Positions 1 through 11,521 of a stretch of 64,000 nt of DNA are shown here, piece after piece. The DNA lies in NCBI GenBank assembly GCA_044228425.1, contig JBGAUY010000007.1:2126-66125 (forward strand), written 5' to 3'. This DNA is from Pyrinomonadaceae bacterium (GTDB taxonomy: Bacteria > Acidobacteriota > Blastocatellia > Pyrinomonadales > Pyrinomonadaceae). Made by a program: the position numbers and the translations under genes. The notes beneath the pieces were generated by a model. The model saw nothing but the letters and a program-made list of their open reading frames with translations. It did no database searches and was not told the DNA's origin. Within the stretch, counting starts at the first letter, position 1, and every line of letters begins with the position of its first letter.

Positions 1-2789
1 TTACGCCTCAGGATCTCAAAGACTGGGCTTTCTTTGCCGCTGAGCGTTTTGCGGACGAAAGATTTAAACGCAATCTCAAAGACCGCATCGATTTTGCGGC
101 AAATGGCGAGACTTTTTCGGGCTGGGAATTTTTCATGCCTCTGGTCAAACCGCTAACGGCGAACGTATTTGACCATCTAAAAGACCATATTCTCGTCATC
201 GACGAGCCCGTAGCGATCGAACATACGCTCATTAACCTGTACGAAAATCTCACCGCAAATTTTGAGGCGATCACGGAATCGGGCGATGTCGGGCTGGCCC
301 CGAACGATCTTTTTCTGATGCCGGAAGAGTTACGAGATCTGCTGGAAACAAGATCGAGCCTCGAACTACGGGCACTTGGCCGGACAGCGTCGGCGACGGA
401 TGAGGAATTTGCCGTTGGCGACGCGACTGATACGGCACCGGTCTTCCTTTTCGCGACGGCTGAAAAGGCGACTGATATTGAGATCCAATCACGTTCGACG
501 CGTAAGTTTCACGGCGATCTGCCGGCGTTTGTCGGTGAATTTGACCGCACGGCGACGATCGTCGTTAATACTCCGGGAATTGCCGAGCGTTTGGCGGAGA
601 TGCTTCGCGAATACGACATTTATCTGCCGGTGGATGCGATCCAGATCGGCGGCCTCTCGGGCGGTTTTGAGCTGCCGCCGGACGGCCTGACCATCTACTC
701 GGAGAGTGATATTTTTGGCGAGACCGACCTCGCCGAGACCCGCGGTAGTCGGGATAAGACAAAGCGTTCCAAGAGCAAGCTCGGTGCGTTTATCTCAGAT
801 TTTCGTGATCTCAAAGCCGGCGATTTTGTCGTCCATGTCGATCACGGTATAGGGCGGTTCGACGGTTTACAGACCATCGATTCGCAAGGGACGAGCCGCG
901 AATTTATGCTGCTCATTTACACGGACGACGCCAAGCTGTTTGTCCCCGTCGAGCGGATGGATCTCGTGTCGCGGTATTCGTCGGGTGAGGCGACGGCACC
1001 GACGCTTGACCGGCTTGGCGGGCTCGGCTGGCAAAAGACCAAGGCCAAGGCAAAACGCGCGATGCGCGATATGGCTGATGAGCTTTTGAAACTGTACGCT
1101 GAACGTAAATTAGTGCGTGGACACGCTTTTCCGCCCGACGCTCCTTGGCAGCATGAGTTTGAGGATGCATTTCCCTACGACCTAACCGTCGATCAGGCCT
1201 CGGCCATCGAGGACGTCAAGACCGATATGGAAACGCCGACGCCGATGGACCGGCTCATAATCGGCGATGTCGGCTACGGCAAGACCGAGGTCGCGATGCG
1301 AGCTGCTTTCAAAGCCGTGATGGACGGCAAACAGGCGGCGATATTGACGCCGACGACCGTGCTTGCGTACCAGCATTACGAGACTTTCAAAAAGCGTTTT
1401 GCGGCCTTTCCCGTCAAAGTCGATCTGCTGTCGCGTTTTCGCTCGGCCAAAGAGCAAAAGGCCGTATCAGACGCCGCCGGCAAGGGCGAGGTCGATGTCC
1501 TGATCGGAACTCACCGCATCTTGTCAGCCGATGTAAAGCTGCCAAAGCTTGGGCTCGTGGTCGTGGACGAAGAACAGCGTTTTGGTGTCGGGCACAAGGA
1601 AAAGCTCAAACAGTGGAAGAAGAAGGTCGATGTGCTTACACTCTCGGCTACGCCGATTCCCCGCACATTAAATATGTCTCTGCTCGGGATGCGCGACATG
1701 TCGGTCATCGAAACGCCGCCGCGCGACCGGTTGGCGATCAATACTCAGGTCGTGCAGTTTGCCGAGGGCGTCATTCGTTCGGCGATCGAGCTTGAACTGT
1801 CGCGAAACGGACAGATCTTTTTTATCCATAACCGCGTCGAATCGATCGAGGCCATCGCCGCTCTCATCCAAAAGATCGTGCCAAATGCCCGCGTCGCCAT
1901 CGGCCACGGGCAGATGAACGAAAAGGAAATGGAAAATGTGATGCTCGATTTTATCGATTATAAATACGACGTGCTGGTCGCGACGACCATCATTGAGAAC
2001 GGCATCGACATCCCGAGAGCAAACACAATTATTATCAACCGTGCCGATAATTACGGTCTCTCGCAGCTTTATCAATTACGTGGACGCGTCGGGCGTTCGA
2101 ACCGACGGGCGTATGCCTATTTGTTGATACCGAGTGAATTGGAGCTAACGCCGATCGCACGGCGTAGGTTGAGTGCGATACGCGAGTTCTCAGATCTCGG
2201 AGCTGGTTTCCGACTTGCGGCTCTCGACCTGGAACTTCGCGGTGCGGGAAATATTCTCGGTGGGCAACAATCGGGACACCTTGATGCGCTCGGATTTGAC
2301 CTTTATACAAAGATGCTCGAACGCACGATCGCCGAAATGCGCGGTGATGAGATCGCTGACGATGTGAGCGTTTCGATCAATCTGGGCATTGATGTTGCTA
2401 TTCCAAAAGACTACATCGCCGAGGCGAGCCAGCGGCTGCGAACGTACAAACGCATCTCTTCGTCAGAGAGCGAAGAAGAACTGATGGCGATACACGCCGA
2501 GATCGAGGATCGATACGGACGAATTCCCCGCTCGGTCGAGAACCTGTTTGATTACGGCCGTCTGAGGAAGCTTGCCGAGCAGATGGCTCTGGTTTCTGTG
2601 GACAAAACGGTGGACGGCATCGCGATCAAACTTGGTGAGCAGGCGCGCGTCTCGCCGGAAAAACTGATGGAGTTGTTAGAAACAAGAGAATATTCGAGCT
2701 TTAGCCCTAGCGGTATTTTGCGTATTGCGGTCACGTCCGGCGATCCGATCAAAACCGCGATGGAATGTCTGGCGTTGATCCGCGGGTAA
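1..2789 (+). CDS. mfd: Transcription-repair coupling factor Mfd (5' end lies outside the window)
   Basis: The frame is open from base 3 (..[11 protein letters not shown]..), so the ATG at 135 is internal. A CarD-like segment ([12 protein letters not shown]) and an SF2 helicase core ([38 protein letters not shown]) are present. Confidence 0.95.
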   Translation, partial: TPQDLKDWAFFAAERFADERFKRNLKDRIDFAANGETFSGWEFFMPLVKPLTANVFDHLKDHILVIDEPVAIEHTLINLYENLTANFEAITESGDVGLAPNDLFLMPEELRDLLETRSSLELRALGRTASATDEEFAVGDATDTAPVFLFATAEKATDIEIQSRSTRKFHGDLPAFVGEFDRTATIVVNTPGIAERLAEMLREYDIYLPVDAIQIGGLSGGFELPPDGLTIYSESDIFGETDLAETRGSRDKTKRSKSKLGAFISDFRDLKAGDFVVHVDHGIGRFDGLQTIDSQGTSREFMLLIYTDDAKLFVPVERMDLVSRYSSGEATAPTLDRLGGLGWQKTKAKAKRAMRDMADELLKLYAERKLVRGHAFPPDAPWQHEFEDAFPYDLTVDQASAIEDVKTDMETPTPMDRLIIGDVGYGKTEVAMRAAFKAVMDGKQAAILTPTTVLAYQHYETFKKRFAAFPVKVDLLSRFRSAKEQKAVSDAAGKGEVDVLIGTHRILSADVKLPKLGLVVVDEEQRFGVGHKEKLKQWKKKVDVLTLSATPIPRTLNMSLLGMRDMSVIETPPRDRLAINTQVVQFAEGVIRSAIELELSRNGQIFFIHNRVESIEAIAALIQKIVPNARVAIGHGQMNEKEMENVMLDFIDYKYDVLVATTIIENGIDIPRANTIIINRADNYGLSQLYQLRGRVGRSNRRAYAYLLIPSELELTPIARRRLSAIREFSDLGAGFRLAALDLELRGAGNILGGQQSGHLDALGFDLYTKMLERTIAEMRGDEIADDVSVSINLGIDVAIPKDYIAEASQRLRTYKRISSSESEEELMAIHAEIEDRYGRIPRSVENLFDYGRLRKLAEQMALVSVDKTVDGIAIKLGEQARVSPEKLMELLETREYSSFSPSGILRIAVTSGDPIKTAMECLALIRG

Positions 2790-2793
2790 TGTT

Positions 2794-3483
2794 TTATTCC
2801 GTGCAGTCGCGATATTCGCCTCGCGGACAATTAAATAATTCGGGTGCGTGATCGATCGTCTGATGTCTGATATTTTGCCAAACAGGCGACGACCAATATT
2901 TATCTTTCGTCCAACCGAGGGCCTTGCGGTTTTCCCAGACAAATTTGTATGCGTCATGTTCGTCGTGCCCTTTCAGATGCTCTGCTTCGTGGAGCAGTAT
3001 TGCGGCCCGCTCGACATCATCCACCGGATACGTAAAAAAATCGGCGTAAAGCGTCATTATCTCAAACGGGAAATTGGTCGCGGCATAAGCATTCTCTTTG
3101 GCGACCGATGCGTTTAGCCAGTTGTCGTCACTGCGATAGACGGTCAGGTTTTCGAGGAGAAATGCGTGGCCTGAAAACCCTTTCTCTTTTAATATCGCCG
3201 TTGCCCGTCGGACGGAGCTTTTTTGTTCGATCGTCAATGACGATGCCGAAACCACCAGAGAAAAATAAAATCCGAGAACGGCGAAAACGCACACTAACAT
3301 ACATATCACCGCCCGGACCACAAAACCCGAGCGCCGCTTGCGAGAGGGAACATAAACGCTCTCGACCGCGACGAGATCACCCTCGCAACGGGCACATTCG
3401 ACCGCATCGGGGAAATTTACGAGATGGCAATTTGAGCACTTTTTCTTCATCAGGAGAGCGTAGCTATCGTGCGTTATTGGCAC
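2794..3483 (-). CDS. Membrane protein with an N-terminal zinc ribbon and a C-terminal HExxH motif (putative metalloprotease-like, unknown family)
   Basis: CSNCHLVNFPDAVECARCEGDL is a CxxC..CxxC ribbon, followed by one hydrophobic helix (FVVRAVICMLVCVFAVLGFYF) and LLHEAEHLKGHDEH. The likely true start is the MKKKCSNC methionine at 3450. Confidence 0.6.
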   Translation of the reverse strand: MPITHDSYALLMKKKCSNCHLVNFPDAVECARCEGDLVAVESVYVPSRKRRSGFVVRAVICMLVCVFAVLGFYFSLVVSASSLTIEQKSSVRRATAILKEKGFSGHAFLLENLTVYRSDDNWLNASVAKENAYAATNFPFEIMTLYADFFTYPVDDVERAAILLHEAEHLKGHDEHDAYKFVWENRKALGWTKDKYWSSPVWQNIRHQTIDHAPELFNCPRGEYRDCTE

Positions 3484-3651
3484 CTTTATTTAAAAACAAC
3501 TAATAGGTCGCAGTTCCGCGAATCACAGGCTGCGGATACTTTCGGATCACAAGAAACGCGCCAGGGCGTTTCGGCATCAAAACCTAAAGTTGCATAATGT
3601 AATGAACGAATAATAAGATTTTACTTCGCGATTTGCGACGAGGAGTTTTTA

Positions 3652-4704
3652 ATGAGATCGATCGGAAATATTTTTATATTTGCATTAATATTTGGTGCAA
3701 TTAGCGTCACAGCTTTCGCACAGGAAACACAGACCCGCGTCGTTGACGAGGTCGTCGCCCAGGTCAATGACGGCGTCATTACGCTCTCGCGTATCAAGCG
3801 TGAGATGAAAGACATCGTCGACGCCGAGGTTCAACAGGGTAAGAAACGCGAAGACGTGCAGAAAATGGTGGACGAAAAGCAGGGCGAGTTGATCGCAAAT
3901 CTGATCAACGAAGAGCTTCTTATTCAAAAGGCAAAGGAAATGGGCCTAGAAAGCGACATTGAGTCCTCCGTCAACCAACGAATGACGGAAATCATGAAGC
4001 AATATAACATGAAAACGGTCGAGGCACTCTACGCCGAAATGGAAAAGAGTGGTGTCAGTCCGCAGGAAATGAAAGACGCGTGGAGAAAACAGGCGACCCG
4101 CGACATGGTCCTGCAGCGTGAGGTTGAGGGAAAGGTCTTTTGGGGACTTAGCGGTAAAGAGCTTAAGGATTACTACGACTCGCACAAGGAAAAATTTACA
4201 AAGCCCGAAACCATTTCGATCAGCGAACTATTTCTCGGATTTGCCGGACGCGACGAGACAGCGGTGCGCGAAAAGGCCAAACAGCTATTGGCTCAACTGC
4301 GGGCAGGCGGAGTCTGGGCAAAGATCGTACAAGAAAATGGCGACACCGGCGTGGTTACACAAGGCACGGGCAAAGCGGAAAAGTTGAATGTCAAGACAAT
4401 TCCGGATGTGTTAGCAAAGCCGCTTAAAGACGTTAAAGTAGGCGGTTTTACAGAACCTTTTGACGCAGAGCAGCTTGGCGTCGTTATTCTTCGGGTTGAC
4501 GATAGAGAGGCCGCAAGCAACGAGTCGTTCTTTTACGAAAATGCCGTAAGAGCTGCAATCGCAGGTGAAAAGTTGCCGGCAGAGCGCGTGAAATTCTTTT
4601 CAAAACTGCGTGCCGATGCATACATCAAGATCAGCGAAACATATCGTCCGATCGTTTCGCCGATACTATTTGCCGAAGAGCGAAAAGACAAGCCCGGCAA
4701 CTAA
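3652..4704 (+). CDS. SurA/PrsA-like periplasmic chaperone / peptidyl-prolyl isomerase
   Basis: A signal peptide is followed by a SurA N-terminal type segment (VVDEVVAQVNDGVITLSRIKRE) and a degenerate parvulin-like region near the C terminus. Confidence 0.8.
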   Translation: MRSIGNIFIFALIFGAISVTAFAQETQTRVVDEVVAQVNDGVITLSRIKREMKDIVDAEVQQGKKREDVQKMVDEKQGELIANLINEELLIQKAKEMGLESDIESSVNQRMTEIMKQYNMKTVEALYAEMEKSGVSPQEMKDAWRKQATRDMVLQREVEGKVFWGLSGKELKDYYDSHKEKFTKPETISISELFLGFAGRDETAVREKAKQLLAQLRAGGVWAKIVQENGDTGVVTQGTGKAEKLNVKTIPDVLAKPLKDVKVGGFTEPFDAEQLGVVILRVDDREAASNESFFYENAVRAAIAGEKLPAERVKFFSKLRADAYIKISETYRPIVSPILFAEERKDKPGN

Positions 4705-4723
4705 CCGCATCATTATGGTAATG

Positions 4724-4750
4724 AAAAAGGCCGGTTACCCGGCCTTTTTC
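4724..4750. terminator. Bidirectional intrinsic terminator between convergent genes
   Basis: AAAAAGGCCGG-TTAC-CCGGCCTTTTT is a perfect GC stem flanked by an A-run and a T-run. Confidence 0.7.
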
Positions 4751-4793
4751 TATTAGTGAACCAATTCCTTGATCGCAGTATCGTAATGCTCAA

Positions 4794-5642
4794 CTACTTA
4801 GGGTCAAACGTGTAAAAGTCAGCTGCAAGGTTTTGATTGTAGAAATATCCGGCAACCTTGATGCTCCACGTGTATTCAAACGTGCCGCTCTGGCTGCTCG
4901 AGCCAAATTTACACTTGTATAAATATGGTGCAGTAACACCCTCTACCGTCCTGAAATCACTATAGTCTTCGATCAACTCGAGCTTGGCTCCGGCCTGACG
5001 TCCGAGCTGGCCAAACGTGTCCTGTTTTGGCGATATCTCGTGACGATATTCTGAGCGAACGTGATTGAACGTCTCAGCGTCGATAAATAGCCGCAAGGTA
5101 AACTCTGACGATGCTCCGTCAGACGGATAAAATTCGATCACGTAGGCCTTTCGGCCGTCGATCTTGCGCGTTCCTCCGAGCATCATCCTGCCGCCGTAGC
5201 GAGTCGGGTCGAGGAGTATCCATCGTGCAGTCATACTACCCATAAATAGGCCGCTATCGAGGAGCTTGGAGTGATCGGCCAAAAATGCTCCGAGCGGCGA
5301 GCGTGCTCCGGCTGTAACAAATGGAAGCGAGACCTTGTCTTTGAAATAGCCGATCTTTTCGTAGGGATATTCTTTGGAATTAAGGCTCAGGAGAAAGAAA
5401 AAGTTGTCCTTGTCAGAAACGACGATCGCCTTGCCGCCGCCTGTGACAACCGGAAGTTTCGAATTAAATTCGTTGACGCCAGTGATAAGCCTATTTTTAA
5501 TAAGGTCTCTGACCTCTTTTTTTCCGATCGCATTGACGTGTTTTTCGATGACCTCGTCTAACTTAAGTTCCTGTGCCTGTGCGAAGCTCGCGAAGACAAC
5601 CGTAACAATGCTGAAAAAAACCAACGATCTTAATTTATTCAT
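4794..5642 (-). CDS. Secreted hypothetical protein
   Basis: The ORF is 282 aa with a signal peptide (FFSIVTVVFASFAQAQ). I recognised no family. Confidence 0.7.
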   Translation of the reverse strand: MNKLRSLVFFSIVTVVFASFAQAQELKLDEVIEKHVNAIGKKEVRDLIKNRLITGVNEFNSKLPVVTGGGKAIVVSDKDNFFFLLSLNSKEYPYEKIGYFKDKVSLPFVTAGARSPLGAFLADHSKLLDSGLFMGSMTARWILLDPTRYGGRMMLGGTRKIDGRKAYVIEFYPSDGASSEFTLRLFIDAETFNHVRSEYRHEISPKQDTFGQLGRQAGAKLELIEDYSDFRTVEGVTAPYLYKCKFGSSSQSGTFEYTWSIKVAGYFYNQNLAADFYTFDPK

Positions 5643-5669
5643 TTTTAACTCCGAACTATTTCTAAATTT

Positions 5670-6779
5670 CTAAATTTGACCGACCGCACCGGCTGAAACT
5701 TTCTGTGGCAAATTATCTATTGTATGCGTTTCGATCTCGCAAGATGAGATCTCAATATCCGCGTCCTCATTTGCTTCGATCACTCCGTCGCCAAACGTAT
5801 CACGCGACTCTAGCGTCTCAAAATATATCGAGATATTGTCCAATATTTCCTCTGCCGAATGTGAATGATACAACGTCTGGCGAAACTGCGCACCGCCGAC
5901 GAGCCCTTTGGTAAATTGGCCGGCGAGTTGTTTCATCTTACCAAGTGCAACGATCTCGGCCATCTCCTCACGGCACATCGAAAAGAATTCAAGTAAAACG
6001 TGCTTCTTTTCTGAGACGTCAGGAATATACGGCTGGTTGCCCGCGAGCACATCGGCAAACTGGCGAAAGATCCAGGGGTTTTGCATCGCGCCGCGCCCGA
6101 TGAGGATGCCGTTGACGCCCGATTCACGCCATTTGTTCATGCCGTATTCGATCGTCGTGATGTCACCGTTCCCCGAAACGGGTATCGAGACCGCCTCTTT
6201 GACCTGTTTTATCAGGTCCCAGTTGGCAAGCCCTTTATAACCCTGTTCGCGTGTGCGACCGTGTACCTGGATATGCTCAACGCCGCATTGCTCGGCCATT
6301 TTGGCGACATCGACAACGTTGATCGACGCATCGGAATAACCGGTTCGCAGCTTGAGAGTCAGAGGGATCGTGATGGTTTTTTTGATCTCTTTTAGGATCG
6401 ATTCTAGCAATGCCGGGTCGCGAAGCAAGCCCGAGCCGCCGCCGTTTTTGACGACCTTTGGCGCCGGACAGCCGCAATTTACATCCAAGATATCGGCACC
6501 GACCTCTTGGGCCATCTCAGCACCCAATGCCATTCGATCGACCTTACCGCCAAAGATCTGCACAGCATATGGCCGCTCCTCTTCATCAAAACGCATTTGG
6601 CGTTTCGATTTAGGATTATGCCGCGTCAACCCCTCGACCGAGACAAACTCGGACACGACCAGACCGACACCGCCCCGCCGCTTGATCAACCGGCGAAAGG
6701 TGTAGTCCGTCACCCCCGCCATCGGCGACAGGATAAGCGGCGGATCTATCAGGATGTCTCTGATCTTAAAGGGCTTCAT
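5670..6779 (-). CDS. dusB: tRNA-dihydrouridine synthase
   Basis: PMAGVTDYTFRRL, VDVNCGCPAPKV and HGRTREQ are Dus-family TIM-barrel motifs. The subfamily B assignment is tentative. Confidence 0.88.
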   Translation of the reverse strand: MKPFKIRDILIDPPLILSPMAGVTDYTFRRLIKRRGGVGLVVSEFVSVEGLTRHNPKSKRQMRFDEEERPYAVQIFGGKVDRMALGAEMAQEVGADILDVNCGCPAPKVVKNGGGSGLLRDPALLESILKEIKKTITIPLTLKLRTGYSDASINVVDVAKMAEQCGVEHIQVHGRTREQGYKGLANWDLIKQVKEAVSIPVSGNGDITTIEYGMNKWRESGVNGILIGRGAMQNPWIFRQFADVLAGNQPYIPDVSEKKHVLLEFFSMCREEMAEIVALGKMKQLAGQFTKGLVGGAQFRQTLYHSHSAEEILDNISIYFETLESRDTFGDGVIEANEDADIEISSCEIETHTIDNLPQKVSAGAVGQI

Positions 6780-6789
6780 CTAAACAAGC

Positions 6790-7008
6790 TCAGGCTTTCT
6801 TCCGATTCTTAATAACAAAGATGAGCCCGAGCACGAAAACAAGAAATGAAAAGAAAAGAACAATGATGCCTGGGATAATGCCGAGCATTGCCTCTTCCCA
6901 ACTGGTGCGGCCGTTGGTCATTGGCACGAGTGCCGCAGAGATGACCGTCACGGCCAGACCGAGCAAAACGCCTAGCAAACCGAATATCATCACCACTTTC
7001 CAAAGCAT
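6790..7008 (-). CDS. Small two-helix membrane protein
   Basis: The 72 aa ORF has two hydrophobic helices and a C-terminal KNRKKA, and sits directly upstream of dus on the same strand. Confidence 0.5.
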   Translation of the reverse strand: MLWKVVMIFGLLGVLLGLAVTVISAALVPMTNGRTSWEEAMLGIIPGIIVLFFSFLVFVLGLIFVIKNRKKA

Positions 7009-7063
7009 AATTTGTTCTCCTTTCAGAAACTATTTCATTATTTTCTTTAGCTCAATGCGGACC

Positions 7064-7987
7064 CTATAAGATCGAAAAAAAATAACTATGGAAGCCACTC
7101 GTAGTAATATTCTGTCCGTTCACTTGTGCCGGCACGAATACAATTTTCTGAGCCGCATTAACCGCCTCCTGAGTCAGCCCACCACCTAAACCCTTTTTTA
7201 CAGCGATTCGCCCTATCGTCCCGTCAGACATGTATTCAACATGTACAATGACCTCGCCCTGAATATTATTAATACGTGCGTCGTCTGTATAACGAGGACG
7301 CTCTTTCTTCACCATCATCAGATGACGTGAGAGAAAGACATCAGGATACGCTGCCGCAAAATCAGAATCGTCCTTAACCAAGCTCGGATTACCTTTTTTT
7401 CCTTTACCCGCATCCTTTGTGGCGATCGACGTCTTCAGATCCTTGACTGAGATAACGCCGTCGGTCTTATTTTGGGTCGACGCTTGAGATTGCTTCAAAA
7501 GAGGTACTCCATCAAGAAGAATTGAGTTCATTACCTCTGCAACTATCTCGTTTGCCGCCTTTGCGGACATTTTTAACGAGTAATAAGCCTTACCATTGCC
7601 AATATTCAACTCAGCGTTGAATGCATTCTTCGACACAAAAACGAACACCACTTCATGTTTTCCGACCACCGAAAGCTTGCCTTCGCCGGGCATTCCGTAT
7701 CGCGATTTCACAGCCTGATCAAGCATTTTCTTACCGTCTACAGCGTTCCACATTGTTACCTGGAACGACGCATCCGTTGCAGACGCCATTACGACGGCCC
7801 TATCCGATTCAGTATCCAAGAAAACTGCAAGTTCGCCCGGAAGCTTGATAGAAAATTCGCAGTTTTTGCTTTCTAGTCGCTTCCATTCAATTGGAGTTGG
7901 ACCTTGGCCGATCGCCGAAAGGCATAGAACAGACAGCAAAAGCCCAAGCATACATATGCGTTGTTGGAAATTGTTCGAACCTTTCAT
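7064..7987 (-). CDS. Secreted protein with a TonB C-terminal-like domain
   Basis: A signal peptide is present. The C-terminal RPRYTDDARINNIQGEVIVHVEYMSDGTIGRIAVKKGLGGGLTQEAVNAAQKIVFVPA matches the TonB_C pattern. Confidence 0.75.
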   Translation of the reverse strand: MKGSNNFQQRICMLGLLLSVLCLSAIGQGPTPIEWKRLESKNCEFSIKLPGELAVFLDTESDRAVVMASATDASFQVTMWNAVDGKKMLDQAVKSRYGMPGEGKLSVVGKHEVVFVFVSKNAFNAELNIGNGKAYYSLKMSAKAANEIVAEVMNSILLDGVPLLKQSQASTQNKTDGVISVKDLKTSIATKDAGKGKKGNPSLVKDDSDFAAAYPDVFLSRHLMMVKKERPRYTDDARINNIQGEVIVHVEYMSDGTIGRIAVKKGLGGGLTQEAVNAAQKIVFVPAQVNGQNITTSGFHSYFFSIL

Positions 7988-7993
7988 GACAGT

Positions 7994-8521
7994 CTACGAG
8001 CCGCTTCGCTTTAGCTCAATGCCGGTCGCCTCAAACGAAACCTCGGTCACGGTGCCGTCGGCGTTGCGGTTTTCAAACTTTGCACCGTCTTCTTCGATCA
8101 TGTGATCGACCATCGCCTTGGTAAGGGTTTTGACCTGAAATGTGCCCTCGACGCGAGCCTTGGCCCCGGCGGATTGCAGCGGGATAAAGAACGCGTGGCC
8201 CTTCATCTTGACGCGGACGCTCTTGCTGTCTTTGTTCTCAGCAACCTCTGCCCAGCAGCCCTCCATCTTGCACGAACGCACAACGACGCCCTCGATACGG
8301 ACGGTCTTGCCGCTATATTTCGACGGGTCTTTAAGTGCTTTGTTGAGCGAAACTTTCTTCGCCTTGCCGATCGCGTCGCCGCGTTTCAGATAGCTATCCG
8401 CCGGGATCGCCGCCGTTTTATCCTGCTCGGTCGGCTGTGCCTTTTCTTTCATGTCCTCTTGGGCAAACGCCGTAAATGAAAGCGCCAAAATGATAATTGC
8501 CAAACTAAAAATCGATCTCAT
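7994..8521 (-). CDS. DUF4920-like secreted protein
   Basis: A signal peptide is followed by GKTVRIEGVVVRSCKMEGCWAEV, which I recall as the DUF4920 signature. Confidence 0.7.
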   Translation of the reverse strand: MRSIFSLAIIILALSFTAFAQEDMKEKAQPTEQDKTAAIPADSYLKRGDAIGKAKKVSLNKALKDPSKYSGKTVRIEGVVVRSCKMEGCWAEVAENKDSKSVRVKMKGHAFFIPLQSAGAKARVEGTFQVKTLTKAMVDHMIEEDGAKFENRNADGTVTEVSFEATGIELKRSGS

Positions 8522-8566
8522 AAATCTCTCCTCTGAAAGTAAAACTAAATAATAACAAAGGCGGGG

Positions 8567-10243
8567 TTATTTCGCCTCAAATACTACTTTTCCGTCCACG
8601 ACCGTCAATAGCACTTTGGCATCGGCGATCTTGACCGGATCGATCGCAAAAATGTCGTCGGACAGGATTATGATATCCGCGCGCCTACCGACCTCAAGCG
8701 TACCTTTTTCGCCGTCCTGAAACTCCGCGTAAGCCGAGCCCCAAGTAAATCCGCGAACCGCTTCGTCGACGGTGATCTTTTGTTCGGGCAGCCAGCCGTT
8801 CGGATTTTTGCCATCGGTGGTCCGGCGCGTGACGGCCGCGTAGATGCCAAACAACGGATTGAGCGGAGCGACCGGCGAATCAGAGCCAAATGCCAACACT
8901 CCGCCAGTATCGAGCAGGGTTCTGAAAGCATAAGTTCCTTGCAAACGAGGCGGATCGAGACGTTTCCACGCCCAGCGGCCGTCGTCGATAGCGTGAACTG
9001 GCTGCATTGACGCGACCACTTTTTGCGACCCGAAACGCTTGATGTCCTCTACGCGCAGATGCTGTGCATGCTCGATCGTAAAGCGCCGGTCCCAGGACCC
9101 GTTGGTTTTTTCTACTGCTTGAAAATGGTCGAGGATGGTCGCGTTTGCTCGGTCGCCGATCGCGTGAATGCGAACCTGCAGCCCGGCTTTGTCGGCGTTC
9201 TCGATGTCTTGCCGCATCGTTGTCAACACATCCGCCATCGACAGCCCAGTCGAATTTGGAGCGTCAAGATACGGTGCAAAGAACCACGCCGTGGTCGAGC
9301 CCAAACTGCCGTCAGCATAGCCTTTGAGACAGCCGACACGCAGCATGGGGTCACCGAACGCACGCCGCACGCCGGTATTCGACCAGCGTTTGAAATCGGC
9401 TAGCGGCGAACATCCGTAAACTCGTGTTTTCAGCTTGCCCTGACGCAACAATTCCTGATAAACGCCGATCTCCGCCCCGGCGGACATATCCTGAACGCTG
9501 GTCACACCGAGCGAAGCAGCATGATCGGTCGCCGCCTGAGCCGCTTCAAGCTTTTGCTCGAAACTCGCAGCGGGTATGACTTTGTCGATGTAATAGCTGG
9601 CCGCGTCCTTAAATATCCCCGTCGGATTGCCCGAAGCATCGCGGACGATCTCACCGCCGGCGACGTCTTTGACGGTCTTATCCACGCCCGCGAGCCGCAT
9701 CGCCAGACTGTTTGCAAGAGCCATGTGTCCATCGAGCCGGTTAATGAATACAGGATTATCCGGCGTCGCGGCGTCGATCAAAACTGCGGTCGGCAGGTTG
9801 TTTGGCGTCCAATTTTCGTGATCCCATTGCCCGCCAAGTATCCAGCGGCCTTTTGGCAACTTTGCCGCGAATGCCTTGATCCGCTCAACAAACTCCTGCG
9901 GCGTTTTCGCATCACGCAGATCGACGGAGGCCAACTGATTGCCCGTCTCCATAAAATGCACATGCGCGTCGTTAAAGCCCGGCAGGACAAGCTTGCCCTT
10001 AGCGTCGATGACGCGGGTCTTTGGCCCGATCCAAGGTCTGATGTCAGCGTCCGAGCCAACCGCCCTGATCTTTCGCCCGATGATCGCCATCGAACTCGCA
10101 ACGGTCCGTTTTGCATCCATCGTGCGAATGTTGGCGTTGATGATGACGAGGTCGGCCGCACCGTTCTGGGCAAATGCAACAGAAGAGAAATTCAGGCACA
10201 TTGCCGCAAGCGTTATTATTAAAATTAAAGCTAACTTTTTCAT
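8567..10243 (-). CDS. Amidohydrolase family protein (YtcJ-like metal-dependent hydrolase), secreted
   Basis: [17 protein letters not shown] and the C-terminal [18 protein letters not shown] pattern are present. The start is chosen at MKKLALILI (10243), which gives a signal peptide. Confidence 0.9.
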   Translation of the reverse strand: MKKLALILIITLAAMCLNFSSVAFAQNGAADLVIINANIRTMDAKRTVASSMAIIGRKIRAVGSDADIRPWIGPKTRVIDAKGKLVLPGFNDAHVHFMETGNQLASVDLRDAKTPQEFVERIKAFAAKLPKGRWILGGQWDHENWTPNNLPTAVLIDAATPDNPVFINRLDGHMALANSLAMRLAGVDKTVKDVAGGEIVRDASGNPTGIFKDAASYYIDKVIPAASFEQKLEAAQAATDHAASLGVTSVQDMSAGAEIGVYQELLRQGKLKTRVYGCSPLADFKRWSNTGVRRAFGDPMLRVGCLKGYADGSLGSTTAWFFAPYLDAPNSTGLSMADVLTTMRQDIENADKAGLQVRIHAIGDRANATILDHFQAVEKTNGSWDRRFTIEHAQHLRVEDIKRFGSQKVVASMQPVHAIDDGRWAWKRLDPPRLQGTYAFRTLLDTGGVLAFGSDSPVAPLNPLFGIYAAVTRRTTDGKNPNGWLPEQKITVDEAVRGFTWGSAYAEFQDGEKGTLEVGRRADIIILSDDIFAIDPVKIADAKVLLTVVDGKVVFEAK

Positions 10244-10295
10244 ATTTAGAGCATCTGAGAAACGGTGTATTCTTAAGGTGTCGGGCAATTATACA

Positions 10296-10790
10296 ATGAA
10301 AGAAAAGTATATTCATACCTCAAGCATCGCTCTGGTCGCTATTGGGCTTGGGTTTGTGGTTTTTCTGTATTGGTCACAGCCCAAAACGCTTGCCGAGGTG
10401 GCAACAAAAAGCCAGGTCGTGCTTGGCACGTACGAGATAAACCGTGAGGAATTTACTCGCGGCCTTGCGCTATTTCGGAGCGATGATTTTATCGGTGCAA
10501 GGGCGGCTTTTGACCGTGCTGATCCCGAAAAACGCGACGCGAATACGCAGTTTTACGTGGCTTACAGCTATTACCGCCAAGGCTGGGGACGTCTGTCTAA
10601 CGACGACACGCTGTTCAAGCCGGGGCTAGAGACCGTTGACCGCGTAATGAAGACGGACCCGAATTTTAGATCAACCGACGATACTCTAACGATGAGAACT
10701 GCGTCTGAACTTAAATATGAGCTCGAAGAGGGACTAAAACTAACTCCGGACGATTTTAATCCAATGAAACTGACGCGGGAACGAAAATGA
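10296..10790 (+). CDS. Membrane-anchored hypothetical protein
   Basis: The internal ATG at 10296 (MKEKYIHTSS) is followed by a TM helix. The longer ORF-track version runs antisense through the amidohydrolase gene. Confidence 0.65.
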   Translation: MKEKYIHTSSIALVAIGLGFVVFLYWSQPKTLAEVATKSQVVLGTYEINREEFTRGLALFRSDDFIGARAAFDRADPEKRDANTQFYVAYSYYRQGWGRLSNDDTLFKPGLETVDRVMKTDPNFRSTDDTLTMRTASELKYELEEGLKLTPDDFNPMKLTRERK

Positions 10791-11521
10791 CAACAGTTCA
10801 CGAAGAAATAATTGATATTGAGTTCGACGAAGCTGAGACTGATCTAGGCCCGGTTCGATCTGCCGCGATCGAGCAAGTCCAAAAACCTAAAGCCCACAGC
10901 CAAAATCCTCAGCTGATTTATCTACTATTGCCCTGTCTTTTCTTACTCGTCACGCTGCTAGGCGGGATGCGGCTCGGGGCGACTGACAATGCATTTGTCT
11001 TTTTGAAACCGGCTCTCATTTGCCTCGTATTCGCATCGGTTCTGATGATCTTGTTCTTTCGGTCGTCGCTGCTGCAAATGGACGGGTGGTTTTCGGACAG
11101 ATTCTCAACGCTGCAAAATGTCGCGAATGCGACAGTTTTACTAACGATGTTCACGGCATCGACGCAACTTTTTAGTTCGCTGCTGCCGGAAAAAGGACTG
11201 CCGTTCTGGATAGTCGGGTTCTGTTTCTTTTGGACGCTGTGGAACAACCTTTTTGCGGATTTTGACACCAAAAAACTTTTGCGTAGTTTGGGAGCGTTGT
11301 TCGGCCTCGCGTTTGCCGTCAAGTATCTCGTACTCGCAAATTTGACAGCGACAGGTGACACGAGCCTTCTCCAGCGAATATTCGACAACCCGGCAAAAGA
11401 GGCTTTTACGTGGTTGCTCGACCTGCCGCGATACTCGGCCGGCACGGGTTACATACAGTTTTTTGCGGTCGCCATATATCTGATCGCACTGTTTTTGACG
11501 CCATCTACAACTAAGAAATGA
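10787..11521 (+). CDS. Polytopic membrane protein, unknown function
   Basis: The 244 aa ORF has several hydrophobic helices and an ATGA start/stop overlap with the upstream gene. Confidence 0.7.
   Translation: MTTVHEEIIDIEFDEAETDLGPVRSAAIEQVQKPKAHSQNPQLIYLLLPCLFLLVTLLGGMRLGATDNAFVFLKPALICLVFASVLMILFFRSSLLQMDGWFSDRFSTLQNVANATVLLTMFTASTQLFSSLLPEKGLPFWIVGFCFFWTLWNNLFADFDTKKLLRSLGALFGLAFAVKYLVLANLTATGDTSLLQRIFDNPAKEAFTWLLDLPRYSAGTGYIQFFAVAIYLIALFLTPSTTKK

Noticed and set aside
9939-10295. An N-terminal extension of the 283 aa plus-strand ORF
   Set aside because: The extension runs antisense through the amidohydrolase gene. A start at 10296 gives a short cytoplasmic head plus a TM helix and a sensible divergent intergenic region.
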